From the NCBI GenBank assembly GCA_964016885.1, contig OZ024766.1:19344001-19408000 (forward strand): DNA of 64,000 bases, in the 5' to 3' direction. Made by a program: the position numbers and the translations under genes. Below the pieces are notes generated by a model. It was not told where the DNA came from. It saw only the letters and a program-made list of their open reading frames with translations, and made no database searches. Origin of the DNA: Eledone cirrhosa. Lineage: Eukaryota. Every line of letters begins with the position of its first letter. Position 1 is the stretch's first letter. Of this stretch, positions 28,944 to 42,178 are shown piece after piece.

Positions 28944-29001
<58 letters not shown>

Positions 29002-29006
29002 TCACA

Positions 29007-29058
<52 letters not shown>

Positions 29059-29118
29059 CATATATATGAATATATATATACACATATATATATGATTATA
29101 TATACACATCTATATATA

Positions 29119-29168
<50 letters not shown>

Positions 29169-29354
29169 TCTATATATTTATATACATAGATATATATACA
29201 CATACATGTATATATACATATATATATATATACATATATATACATATATATACATATATATATATATATACATATATACAAATATATATATGAGTATAAT
29301 GTTTATAAGAATTAGTACATATGTATGTGCATGCAGTGATATCCAGCCCCTAGC

Positions 29355-29522
29355 CTACGCCCTCACCTTTAGTACAAGGTAGTAGGAGAGGAAAAAAAGG
29401 GCACTGAGCCCTAAAATTATGTAACACATCATCTTCCGGTTGCTTTTCCCTGAGCTGATCATATGTGAAATTCTATTCATACTGCCTGAGAGAAGTCCCT
29501 GGGAACTGTCGAAATCTGTGCC
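29355..29522 (-). CDS. BET1L: BET1L exon 4 (end of SNARE motif and C-terminal transmembrane anchor)
   Basis: tttctag|[55 protein letters not shown]; total protein 113 aa. Confidence 0.92.
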   Translation of the reverse strand, partial: GTDFDSSQGLLSGSMNRISHMISSGKSNRKMMCYIILGLSALFFLSYYLVLKVRA

Positions 29523-31308
29523 CTAGAAATATATAGAGTGGAGGGTGGAGATGTTATATGGTGAGATGGGGTATGTGGGAGAGAGAGGAGTCCCTGGGAA
29601 CTGTCAAAGACTGGGCCCTGGAAATATAGAGAGTGGAGGGTGGAGATGTTATATGGTGAGATGGGGTATGTGGGAGAGAGAGGAGACCCTGGGAACTGTT
29701 GAAATCTGTGCCCTAGAAATATAGAGAGGAGGGTGGAGATGTTATATGGTGAGATGGGGTATGTGGGAGAGAGAGGAGTCCCTGGGAACTGTCGAAGACT
29801 GTGCCCTGGAAATATATAGAGAGGAGGGTGGAGATGTTATATGGTGAGATGGGGTATGTGGGAGAGAGAGGAGTCCCTGGGAACTGTCAAAGACTGTGCC
29901 CTGGAAATATAGAGAGAGAGGAGGGTGGAGATGTTATATGGTGAGATGGGATATGTGGGAGAGAGAGGAGACCCTGGGAACTGTCAAAGACTGTGCCCTG
30001 GAAATATATAGAGACGAGGGTGGAGATGTTATATGGTGAGATGGGATATGTGGGAGAGAGAGGAGACCCTGGGAACTGTCAAAGACTGTGCCCTGGAAAT
30101 ATAGAGGGTAGGAGAGCAGGAGACCCTGGGAACTGTCAGAGACTGTGACCTGGAAATATAGAGGGTGGGGGAACAGGAGACCCTGGGAGCTGTATAAATC
30201 TGTGCCCTGGAAATATATAGAGAGGAGGGTGGAGATATTATATGGTGAGATGGGGTATGTGGGAAAGAGAGGAGACCCTGGGAACTGTCAAAGACTGTGC
30301 CCTGGAAATATAGAGGGTGGGAGAGAGAGGAGACCCTGGGAACTGTCAAAGACTGTGCCCTGGAAATATAGAGGGTGGGAGAGAGAGGAGACCCTGGGAA
30401 CTGTCAAAGACTGTGCCCTGGAAATATAGAGGGTGGGGGAGCAGGAGACCCTGGGAACTGTCAAAGACTGTGCCCTGGAAATATAGAGGGTGGGAGAGAG
30501 AGGAGACCCTGGGAACTGTCAAAGACTGTGCCCTGGAAATATAGAGGGTGGGGGAGCAGGAGTCCCTGGGAACTGTCAAAGACTGTGCCCTGGAAATATA
30601 GAGGGTGGGGGAGCAGGAGACCCTGGGAACTGTCAAAGACTGTGACCTGGAAATATAGAGGGTGGGAGAGAGAGGAGACCCTGGGAACTGTCAAAGACTG
30701 TGCCCTGGAAATATAGAGGGTGGGGGAACAGGAGACCCTGGGAACTGTCAAAGACTGTGCCCTGGAAATATAGAGGGTAGGGGAGCAGGAGACCCTGGGA
30801 ACTGTCGAAATCTGTGGCCTGGAAATATAGAGAGAGGAGGGTGGAGATGTTATATGGTGAGATGGGATATGTGGGAGAGAGAGGAGACCCTGGGAACTGT
30901 CAAAGACTGTGCCCTGGAAATATAGAGAGAGAGGAGGGTGGAGATATTATATGGTGAGATGGGGTATGTGGGAGAGAGACGAGACCCTGGGAACTGTCAA
31001 AATCTGTGCCCTGGAAATATAGAGAGAGAGGAGGGTGGAGATGTTATATGGTGAGATGGGATATGTGGGAGAGAGAGGAGACCCTGGGAACTGTCAAAGA
31101 CTGTGCCCTGGAAATATAGAGGGTGGGGGAACAGGAGACCCTGGGAACTGTCAAAGACTGTGACCTGGAAATATAGAGGGTGGGGGAACAGGAGACCCTG
31201 GGAACTGTCAAAGACTGTGCCCTGGAAATATAGAGGGTGGAGGGTGGAGATATTATATGGTGAGATGGGGTATGTGGGAGAGAGAGGAGACCCTGGGAAC
31301 TGTCAAAG
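29523..31308. repeat. Minisatellite with 57-58 bp and about 95-bp units, built from the BET1L intron 3/exon 4 junction
   Basis: Minus-strand unit tatatttccag-GGCACAGTCTTTGACAGTTCCCAGGGTCTCCT. Confidence 0.93.
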
Positions 31309-31326
31309 AATATATTTACAACTTAC

Positions 31327-31383
31327 CATTCCATCTAAATATCTGTTAGAATCTTTGGTATCTGATTCTATATCTAGCGCCAA
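31327..31383 (-). CDS. BET1L: BET1L exon 3
   Basis: tcttccag|LALDIESDTKDSNRYLDGM|gtaagt; matches the LALDI...NRYLDGM segment of BET1L. Confidence 0.93.
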
Positions 31384-31519
31384 CTGGAAGACAGAAGAGA
31401 TATATGTATAGTAGAACAATGTGTGTGTGTGTGGGGGGGGGGGTTATATCCGTAGTAGTAGAGCACTTAGTCCATGGGACGAGTTTAGTACAAGTTGTTC
31501 CACAACAGTTAATTCACCA

Positions 31520-32792
31520 TATCATCATCATCATTTTACGTCCGCTTTTCCCTGCTTGCAAGGGTGGGACGGGAACTGATGCTGGCTTGATTTCTACAGC
31601 TGGATGCCCTTCCTAACACCAACCTCATTTACAGTGAGTGCTGGGTGCTTTTTTTTCCCATGGCACCTATACGTCCACTTTACAGTGAGTGCTGGGTGCT
31701 TTTTTTGCCGTGGCACCTCCACGACCACTTTACAGTGAGTGCTGGGTGCTTTTTTGCCGTGGCACCTCCACGACCACTTTACAGTGAGTGCTGGGTGCTT
31801 TTTTTGCCGTGGCACCTCCACGACCACTTTACAGTGAGTGCTGGGTGCATTTTTGCCGTGGCACCTCCACGACCACTTTACAGTGAGTGCTGGGTGCTTT
31901 TTTGCCATGGCACCTCCACGACCACTTTACAGTGAGTGCTGGGTGCTTTTTTGCCGTGACACCTACACGACCACTTTACAGTGAGGGCTGGGTGCTTTTT
32001 TGCCGTGGCACCTCCACGACCACTTTACAGTGAGTGCTGGGTGCTTTTTTGCTGTGGCACCTCCAGGACCACTTTACAGTGAGTGCTGGGTGCTTTTTTG
32101 CCGTGGTACCTCCACGACCACTTTACAGTGTGGGCTGGGTGCTTTTTTGCTGTGGCACCTCCAGGACCACTTTACAGTGAGTGCTGGGTGCTTTTTTGCC
32201 ATGGCACCTCCACGACCACTTTACAGTGAGTGCTGGGTGCTTTTTTGCCGTGACACCTACACGACCACTTTACAGTGAGTGCTGGGTGCTTTTTTGCCGT
32301 GGCACCTCCACGACCACTTTACAGTGAGTGCTGGGTGCTTTTTTGCTGTGGCACCTCCAGGACCACTTTACAGTGAGTGCTGGGTGCTTTTTTGCCGTGG
32401 TACCTCCACGACCACTTTACAGTGTGGGCTGGGTGCTTTTTTGCTGTGGCACCTCCAGGACCACTTTACAGTGAGTGCTGGGTGCTTTTTTGCCGTGGCA
32501 CCTCCACGACCACTTTACAGTGAGTGCTGGGTGCTTTTTTGCCATGGCACCTCCACGACCACTTTACAGTGAGTGCTGGGTGCTTTTTTTGCCGTGGCAC
32601 CTCCACGACCACTTTACAGTGGAATGATAGGGACCCCAGTCCCTATCATCTCATTTCTACAGCTGAGTAAACTGGAGCAATGTGAAATAAAGTGTCTTGC
32701 TCAAGGAAACAACACATCACCCGGTCTGAGAATTGAACTCACAACCTTTCGATTGCAAGGCCAATGCTCTAACCACTAAGCCATGTGCCTCC
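31520..32792 (-). mobile_element. SINE family A, full copy (about 20 VNTR units)
   Basis: Near-identical reverse complement of 974-1852. Confidence 0.85.
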
Positions 32793-33122
32793 AGCAATCT
32801 ATAATATTCTGAATAACACAATTTATTCTGAGCATCCACAGTTATCTCCCTTACATCGATGTATCATAGGTTTACCTTCTCCCAGGAGAAGCGACTCACC
32901 TTTTCCTTTTCCATACAACTTCATTTAAACTAAGCTGAAGATCCGCATAAGATGAAACAATTGTTCTCGGTATGGTGAAGTAACTGTTGTGGAACTACTT
33001 CTATATATAATAGTTATTTCTACTTTTGGGGGCACAGAGCCAGCAATTATCCCAGTGTATTACTGGTACTTTATTTTATCGACCCTGTAAGGATGAAAGG
33101 CAAAGTTAACCTCGGCGGTTTT

Positions 33123-33495
33123 CATCATCATCATCATCATCATCATTTTACGTCCGCTTTCCCCAGCCTGCAAGGGTGGGACGGGTCTTATTCAGCACAG
33201 CATCTCCTCTCCACTCGTCACGGTCCTTCGTCATCTCCACCGTGAGCTTCAATGATCTGAGGTCTGTTCTCACCACCTCCGCCCATGTTTTTCGTGGTCT
33301 ACCTCTACCACGTCTTCCTTCAACTGGCATTTCCTGGCACTTCTTCACCCATCGGTCATCCTCCATGCGCATCACATGTAATATATAATAGTGATGTGCG
33401 CAAACGTCGAAGCATAAACGAATTGAGAGAGAGGCTAAACATAAGAGGTATCAAATGTTGTGTTCTCGAGAGGAGACTGCACTGGTACAGACATT
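33123..33495 (-). mobile_element. RTE-clade LINE 3' end with an inverted 5' segment
   Basis: Minus strand HVMRMEDDRWVKKC..GRRGRGRPRKTW ends in a (GAT)n tail; plus strand 33385-33495 encodes the preceding SINELRERLNIRGIKCCVLERRLHWYRH. Confidence 0.85.
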
Positions 33496-34427
33496 TACTA
33501 AAAAAACTCTCGCTATTCCCTGTCAATAATATTCTCAAAGGAAAAGGAATCCTGAGCCCTTTATAATACAATATGAAGAAAAGGTAACACACTAGAGAGA
33601 GAGAGATAGTGTGAAATCAATAAAACAGGGAAAACCACCTGCGTATGGAATCTATAACCTAAGAAAGGCAGGGTAGACACACGATAATTAAAAGTATAAA
33701 TTAATGTGTATATACATACCTCTATAACTATATAACTGTTTCCACTTTTGGCACAAGGCCAGCAATTACCCCAGTGTATTACTGGTACTTTATTTTATCG
33801 ACCCCGTAATAAATGTTTCCACTTTTGGCACAAGGCCAGCAATTTTCCCAGTGTATTACTGGTACTTTATTTTATCGACCCCGTAATAAATGTTTCCACT
33901 TTTGGCACAAGGCCAGCAATTGTCCCAGTGTATTACTGGTACTTTATTTTATCGACCCTGTAATAAATGTTTCCACTTTTGGCACAAGGCCAGCAATTGT
34001 CCCAGTGTATTACTGGTACTTTATTTTATCGACCCCGTAATAAATGTTTCCACTTTTGGCACAAGGCCAGCAATTGTCCCAGTGTATTACTGGTACTTTA
34101 TTTTATCGACCCCGTAAGGATGAAAGGCAAAGTTAACTATATAACTATATAACACACGCGTACAAATCAAAAGAGATCTGTTTTGACAGGAAGTTGTTGT
34201 CTCAAATGGAATAGCCTATGGGTCATCAGCGCGTGTAAGACAAATACATTCCAGACAACCGTCCAGCAACACGCGGCAGAGAGATGTGACAGCGTGTTTA
34301 GGGCAGTGAACCAGTGTTATCTGAGGGACGAGCTGCTAGAAAGGGCAGCCCAAAAACCACTCGAAGAAGTGAGTTCAACCAAACAAGACTATACATTCCA
34401 GACAACTCTAAGAGAATCTAAGACAAA

Positions 34428-37400
34428 AAAAAGTACCCACTCCACACTGTAAAGTGGTCATGTAGGTGTCACAACAAAAAGCACCCAGTCCACACTGTAA
34501 AGTGGTCATGTAGGTGTCATGACAAATAGCACCCAGTCCACACTGTAAAGTGGTCATGTAGGTGTCACAACAAAAAGCACCCAGTCCACACTGTAAAGTG
34601 GTCATGTAGGTGTCACAACAAAAAGCACCCAGTCCACACTGTAAAGTGGTCATGTAGGTGTCATGACAAATAGCACCCAGTCCACACTGTAAAGTGGTCA
34701 TGTAGGTGTCACAACAAAAAGCACCCAGTCCACACTGTAAAGTGGTCATGTAGGTGTCACAACAAAAAGCACCCAGTCCACACTGTAAAGTGGTCATGTA
34801 GGTGTCATGACAAATAGCACCCAGTCCACACTGTAAAGTGGTCATGTAGGTGTCACAACAAAAAGCACCCAGTCCACACTGTAAAGTGGTCATGTAGGTG
34901 TCACAACAAAAAGCACCCAGTCCACACTGTAAAGTGGTCATGTAGGTGTCACAACAAAAAGCACCCAGTCCACACTGTAAAGTGGTCATGTAGGTGTCAC
35001 AACAAAAAGCACCCAGTCCACACTGTAAAGTGGTCATGTAGGTGTCACAACAAAAAGCACCCAGTCCACACTGTAAAGTGGTCATGTAGGTGTCACAACA
35101 AAAAGCACCCAGTCCACACTGTAAAGTGGTCATGTAGGTGTCACAACAAAAAGCACCCAGTCCACACTGTAAAGTGGTCATGTAGGTGTCACAACAAAAA
35201 GCACCCAGTCCACACTGTAAAGTGGTCATGTAGGTGTCACAACAAAAAGCACCCAGTCCACACTGTAAAGTGGTCATGTAGGTGTCACAACAAAAAGTAC
35301 CCAGTCCACTCTGTAAAGTGGTCATGTAGGTGTCACAACAAAAAGCACCCAGTCCACACTGTAAAGTGGTCATGTAGGTGTCACAACAAAAAGCACCCAG
35401 TCCACACTGTAAAGTGGTCATGTAGGTGTCATGACAAATAGCACCCAGTCCACACTGTAAAGTGGTCATGTAGGTGTCACAACAAAAAGCACCCAGTCCA
35501 CCCTGTAAAGTGGTCATGTAGGTGTCACAACAAAAAGCACCCAGTCCACACTGTAAAGTGGTCATGTAGGTGTCACAACAAAGAGTACCCAGTCCACACT
35601 GTAAAGTGGTCATGTAGGTGTCACAACAAAAAGCACCCAGTACACACTGTAAAGTGGTCATGTAGGTGTCACAACAAAAAGCACCCAGTCCACACTGTAA
35701 AGTGGTCATGTAGGTGTCACAACAAAAAGTACCCAGTCCACTCTGTAAAGTGGTCATGTAGGTGTCACAACAAAAAGCACCCAGTCCACACTGTAAAGTG
35801 GTCATGTAGGTGTCACAACAAAAAGCACCCAGTCCACACTGTAAAGTGGTCATGTAGGTGTCATGACAAATAGCACCCAGTCCACACTGTAAAGTGGTCA
35901 TGTAGGTGTCACAACAAAGAGTACCCAGTCCACACTGTAAAGTGGTCATGTAGGTGTCACAACAAAAAGCACCCAGTACACACTGTAAAGTGGTCATGTA
36001 GGTGTCACAACAAAAAGTACCCAGTCCACACTGTAAAGTGGTCATGTAGGTGTCACAACAAAGAGTACCCAGTCCACACTGTAAAGTGGTCATGTAGGTG
36101 TCACAACAAAAAGTACCCAGTCCACACTGTAAAGTGGTCATGTAGGTGTCACAACAAAAAGTACCCAGTCCACACTGTAAAGTGGTCATGTAGGTGTCAT
36201 GACAAAAAGCACCCAGTCCACACTGTAAAGTGGTCATGTAGGTATCACAACAAAAAGTACCCAGTCCACACTGTAAAGTGGTCATGTAGGTGTCACAACA
36301 AAAAGTACCCAGTCCACACTGTAAAGTGGTCATGTAGGTGTCACAACAAAAAGTACCCAGTCCACACTGTAAAGTGGTCATGCAGGTGTCACAACAAAAA
36401 GTACCCAGTCCACACTGTAAAGTGGTCATGTAGGTATCACAACAAAAAGTACCCAGTCCACACTGTAAAGTGGTCATGTAGGTGTCACAACAAAAAGTAC
36501 CCAGTCCACACTGTAAAGTGGTCATGTAGGTGTCACAACAAAAAGTACCCAGTCCACACTGTAAAGTGGTCATGTAGGTGTCACAACAAAAAGTACCCAG
36601 TCCACACTGTAAAGTGGTCATGTAGGTGTCACAACAAAGAGTACCCAGTCCACACTGTAAAGTGGTCATGTAGGTGTCACAACAAAAAGCACCCAGTACA
36701 CACTGTAAAGTGGTCATGTAGGTGTCACAACAAAAAGCACCCAGTCCACACTGTAAAGTGGTCATGTAGGTGTCACAACAAAAAGTACCCAGTCCACTCT
36801 GTAAAGTGGTCATGTAGGTGTCACAACAAAAAGCACCCAGTCCACACTGTAAAGTGGTCATGTAGGTGTCACAACAAAAAGCACCCAGTCCACACTGTAA
36901 AGTGGTCATGTAGGTGTCATGACAAATAGCACCCAGTCCACACTGTAAAGTGGTCATGTAGGTGTCACAACAAAGAGTACCCAGTCCACACTGTAAAGTG
37001 GTCATGTAGGTGTCACAACAAAAAGCACCCAGTACACACTGTAAAGTGGTCATGTAGGTGTCACAACAAAAAGTACCCAGTCCACACTGTAAAGTGGTCA
37101 TGTAGGTGTCACAACAAAGAGTACCCAGTCCACACTGTAAAGTGGTCATGTAGGTGTCACAACAAAAAGTACCCAGTCCACACTGTAAAGTGGTCATGTA
37201 GGTGTCACAACAAAAAGTACCCAGTCCACACTGTAAAGTGGTCATGTAGGTGTCATGACAAAAAGCACCCAGTCCACACTGTAAAGTGGTCATGTAGGTA
37301 TCACAACAAAAAGTACCCAGTCCACACTGTAAAGTGGTCATGTAGGTGTCACAACAAAAAGTACCCAGTCCACACTGTAAAGTGGTCATGTAGGTGTCAC

Positions 37401-37745
37401 AACAAAAAGTACCCAGTCCACACTGTAAAGTGGTCATGTAGGTGTCACAACAAAAAGTACCCAGTCCACACTGTAAAGTGGTCATGTAGGTATCACAACA
37501 AAAAGTACCCAGTCCACACTGTAAAGTGGTCATGTAGGTGTCACAACAAAAAGTACCCAGTCCACACTGTAAAGTGGTCATGTAGGTGTCACAACAAAAA
37601 GTACCCAGTCCACACTGTAAAGTGGTCATGTAGGTGTCACAACAAAAAGTACCCAGTCCACACTGTAAAGTGGTCATGTAGGTATCACAACAAACAGCAC
37701 CCAGTCCACACTGTAAAGTGGTCATGTAGGTGTCATGACAAAAAG
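34428..37745. repeat. 48-bp minisatellite, variant B (about 69 units), opposite orientation to 24755-25675
   Basis: Unit cactgtaaagtggtcatgtaggtgtcacaacaaaaagcacccagtcca; continues into a degenerate SINE-like tail at 37745-37912. Confidence 0.96.
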
Positions 37746-37940
37746 CATCTTGCCCGTACTGTAACATGGTTAGCGTTAGGAAAGACATTAAGCCTTAGAA
37801 AACCAGCCAGAAACAGTCAAGACATGGGCACCTGACCCAACTACCTCTAAATGGGACAAACCCGTCTAACCCATGCTAGCATGGAAGATAGACGTTAATC
37901 GCTGATGATGATAAAGGTGTGATAAGTGTAAAGAACTCAC

Positions 37941-38020
37941 CCCTTTTAATCGAGATATTTTGCTGGAGAGACCTTCAACATGGGCTGTATTCTCCTCCTC
38001 CAGCAATGCTTCTGTGCGAC
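37941..38020 (-). CDS. BET1L: BET1L exon 2
   Basis: cacacag|(G)RTEALLEEENTAHVEGLSSKISRLKG|gtgagt; start of the SNARE motif. Confidence 0.92.
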
Positions 38021-38049
38021 CTGTGTGATAACAATAGAGAAAGTGATAT

Positions 38050-38715
38050 ATATGGAAACTGTTCAGAGACGTGCAACCAAGCGCATACCCTCCATCAGAC
38101 ACCTACCATACTCTGAACGCCTTGCTTCCCTGAGCATGGATTCATTGAAGCTCCGACGTCTGGCAATGGACTTGGTGAATACCCACAAAGTTTTTAACCA
38201 TCTCGCCAACTGCAACCCTGAGCGCCTCTTTGATCTCCATGTGTCTAACACACGTGGACATGCCTACAAGATAAGAAAACAGCACAGCTCCCATGACTTT
38301 CGTAGACATTTTTTCACGCTCAGAGTTGCTGAAGCATGGCACAAACTGCCTGCGTCAGTTGTTAGCTGCCGAGACACTGCATCCTTTAAGACACTCATGC
38401 TTCCCAAAATACGCCAAAACTACACCTGATGTACCCCTTCCATACACATGCACACATGTGTGTATCATGACTCGTGCACTGTTCATTTTACTGATGTTTG
38501 TGCATTGCCCTATGTACTGTACATGCACTTTTTTGATGAGTTGTGGTGCACCTGGGCACTGTGCACAATATTTCATTATTGTTATTATTATTATTATATC
38601 ATGACTCATACACTGTTCATTTTCCTGACATTTGTACATTATTCTATGTACTATACATGCACCTTTGATGAGTTGTAGTGCACCTGAGCACTGTACACAA
38701 TAATTTCATTATTAT

Positions 38716-38720
<5 letters not shown>
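38050..38720 (+). mobile_element. CR1-type LINE 3' fragment with a duplicated 3' UTR segment and (ATT)n tails
   Basis: ETVQRRATKRIP..LPYSERL..L..RR..DL...TRGHAYKI....RRHFFTLRV..W.KLP..VV is the typical CR1 ORF2 C-terminus. Confidence 0.85.
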
Positions 38721-38756
<36 letters not shown>

Positions 38757-38899
38757 AAGTATTTCTGTAGAAAAAGTAAAGGAAAGAAGAGTGCTCTACA
38801 TATAGTACAGAGCTATTTAATTACATAATAAACAACACAACATAATTATTCCATCACCCAAGGTTTCGCGAAGTTAGACAATTCTAACAGAAACATGAT

Positions 38900-39975
38900 A
38901 TCATCATCATCATTTCATTTTATGTCCGCTTTTTCCCTGCTTGCAAGGGTGGGACGGGAACTGATGCTGGCTTGATTTCTACAGCTGGATGCCCTTCCTA
39001 ACACCAACCTCATTTACAGTGAGTGCTGGGTGCTTTTTTGCCGTGGCACCTCCACGTCCACTTTACAGTGAGGGCTGGGTGCTTTTTTGCCGTGGCACCT
39101 CCACAACCACTTTACAGTGAGTGCTGGGTGCTTTTTTGCTGTGGCACCTCCACGTCCACTTTACAGTGAGTGCTGGGTGCTTTTTTTGCCGTGGCACCTC
39201 CACGACCACTTTACAGTGAGTGCTGGGTGCTTTTTTGCCGTGGCACCTCCACGACCACTTTACAGAGAGTGCTGGGTGCTTTTTTGACGTGGCACCTCCA
39301 CGACCACTTTACAGTGAGTGCTGGGTGCTTTTTTGCTGTGGCACCTCCACGACCACTTTACAGTGAGGGCTGGGTGCTTTTTTGCCGTGGCACCTCCACG
39401 ACCACTGTACAGTGAGTGCTGGGTGCTTTTTTGACGTGGCACCTCCACGACCACTTTGCAGTGAGTGCTGGGTGCTTTTTTTGCCGTGGCACCTCCACGA
39501 CCACTTTACAGTGAGTGCTGGGTGCTTTTTTGCCGTGGCATCTCCACGTACACTTTACAGTGAGTGCTGGGTGCTTTTTTGCCGTGGCACCTCCACGACC
39601 ACTTTACAGTGAGTGCTGGGTGCTTTTTTGCCGTGGTGCCTCCACGACCACTCTACAGTGAGTGCTGGGTGCTTTTTTGCTGTGGCACCTCCACGACCAC
39701 TTTACAGTGAGTGCTGGGTGCTTTTTTGCCGTGGACACCTCCATGACCACTTTACAGTGAGTGCTGGGTGCTTTTTTGCCGTGGCACCTCCACGACCACT
39801 CTGCAGTGGAATGATAGGGACCCCAGTCCCTATCATCTCATTTCTACAGCTGAGTAAACTGGAGCAATGTGAAATAAAGTGTCTTGCTCAAGGAAACAAC
39901 ACATCACCCGGTCTGAGAATTGAACTCACAACCTTTCGATTGCAAGGCCAATGCTCTAACCACTAAGCCATGTGC

Positions 39976-39977
<2 letters not shown>
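38900..39977 (-). mobile_element. SINE family A, full copy (about 16 VNTR units)
   Basis: Same head, VNTR and tail as 974-1852. Confidence 0.85.
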
Positions 39978-40019
<42 letters not shown>

Positions 40020-40924
40020 TCCGACCTCACACACTTACACCTCTCCAAGACAATGTCACTGGACCGAGATCTTTGGCGCTACACAGTAATAGAGAAGACC
40101 CACCTTACCTAAAATACAAAGTGAAACCTACTACAGTCAGTAGGCACCTCTAACAAAATACACCCCCGTCCCACCACCCCCACCCCATCCACACCGCCCC
40201 CTTCAATGTAAAGTTATGTTGGTGTCACAACATCCATGCCGAAACAAATGAGGTCGTGTAGGTGTCACGACAAAAAAACACACAGTCCACGCTGTAAATG
40301 TGGCCGTGTAGGTAACACGGTAAAAACCTCCCAGCCCCACACTGTAAATGCTCTAACCACTAAGCCATGTGCCTCCACATTAATCTATCTTATTTCTCAT
40401 TCTTTCTTCTGACGAACACGGCAAAAGCATTCCCGCGGGCGATGGCCGGTGACGGCCGTTGCCACAACCCCTCAACCTCGCGGGGCCTCCCTCCGCAGAC
40501 GGGCCGCCGACGCTCCGATCTTGGCGGTGGAGCGTCGTCGGTACGGGGCCCCAAATACGCCGCCTGCCGAGGTCTCGACGGCGGTCACCGGTACGAAGTG
40601 GAAGCGGCCGGGCAAACACCCCCCCCCTCCCTCCACCTGATATACTTGTTTATTTTTACGTTCTTCTGCGAGGTGGGCGCCGCGATTCCGGGGGTTTGTG
40701 GTCGAAGCGACTAAGCTGGAAACGGAGAACTTGCTGCAGCCAGGTGGCCTCACGCACCAGGGAACTTCCTCCGTCGAATGCGATCGTAGCGGAAACTGTG
40801 TCAGTGACGGAATTGTTGACAACTTAACATAAAGCGAAGTCAAGAGATTTTTCTGTGGCTTTCAGTGACTAATATTGACATAAATCGATAGACAGACAGG
40901 CAGACAAACAGATAGACAGATATG

Positions 40925-42178
40925 TTTCTTTATTAGCCACAGGGGCACAAAAGAAGGGGACAAATACAAAGGGGGAAGTTTACATACAATAAAAACGTGT
41001 AAAATGCTATCACAAATGCAATTTAAAAAATTAGTCGATTTTCCCCAATAGGGGGAGACAGTTCATATGGGTAACACATACCCCCGAAAAAAAATGTGCA
41101 ACCCTCATCTCCAGGAGTACGAAGAGTTTGTACCCCTTTCCTCTCCTCCTCCTTTTCTTCAACCTACAGGCTGATATAGAGAGAAGGCCCAACCACTCGG
41201 GCCATTCTCACCACTTTCACCCACCTTTCATAAAACTTGCTGGGGTACAGCACCTCTCTCTCCATCCTGACTCTTCTTCCAAAGTGGTATTTGAAAAAAC
41301 GAATCAGTTGTTGGCCGGAGAGAAAGGTGTCTGACCTCAGCCCTTTTAACCTCGTCCACATATAACTTCGTTCATCATAGTCATAACACATAGATAGATA
41401 GATAGATATGTTTCTTTATTAGCCACAGGGGCACAAAAGAAGGGGACAAATACAAAGAGGGAAGTTTACATACAATAAAAACGTGTAAAATGCTATCACA
41501 GGCTGATATAGAGAGAAGGCCCATTCACTCGGGCCATTCTCGCCACTTTCACCCACCTTTCATAAAACTTGCTGGGGTACAGCACCTCTCTCTCCATCCT
41601 GGGGTACAGCACCTCTCTCTCCATCCTGACTCTTCTTCCAAAGTGGTATTTGAAAAAAAGAATCAGTTGTTGGCCGGAGAGAAAGGTGTCTGACCTCAGC
41701 CCTTTCAACCTCTTTCGCCATAGCCATAACACAATAACACATAGGAAAACCGCCTCTCCTTCGTTTTTGAAGGAGGGTGGGAGGTTTGATCATGACAATG
41801 GACTCAGTGGTCAACCGGATTGGTCCCACCCGCGACAATAGTCGTTCTACATAGCCCCCACAGGTCAGTGACGATAGATAACTTTCTTTTTATTTGCCAC
41901 CAGGGCATCAAAGAGTGGGACAAGTACAATGGAGGGAGTTTACATAAAAAGGCGTCCTCAATAAGGAGGAGGCAATAACAAGATATAAAAAATAATATAT
42001 AAAATATAACAAAATCCTCAATAGGGAGGAGGCGCCTTGGGGGGGGTCGCACACACCCCCGAAAAAAGTGTGCAACCCTTCTCCTCAGGGGCACAGAGAG
42101 AGGGGGGGTGCTCCCATGATCTTTCATCTTTCTCACCTACAGTCTGATGTAGAGTGAAGGCCCATTCACACGGGCCAT
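40925..42178 (-). mobile_element. Three stacked 5'-truncated 3' ends of the same Tx1-like family
   Basis: RLKGLRSDTFLSGQQL..FFKYHF.RRVRMEREVLYPSKFYERWVKV matches the ORF2 C-terminus; 3' UTR ends at about 40925, 41411 and 41883, each next to GATA/GACA runs. Confidence 0.9.

Noticed and set aside
17423-29370. In-frame BET1L to L1-family fusion protein via cryptic donor and micro-exon
   Set aside because: Phase-0 entry into the exon at 17472 hits a TGA overlapping the adhesion gene's ATG, so no fusion ORF results.
34408-37788. 1126-aa Cys-rich repeat ORF resembling metallothionein or keratin-associated proteins
   Set aside because: Same cause: a 48-bp SINE-related unit inside BET1L intron 2.
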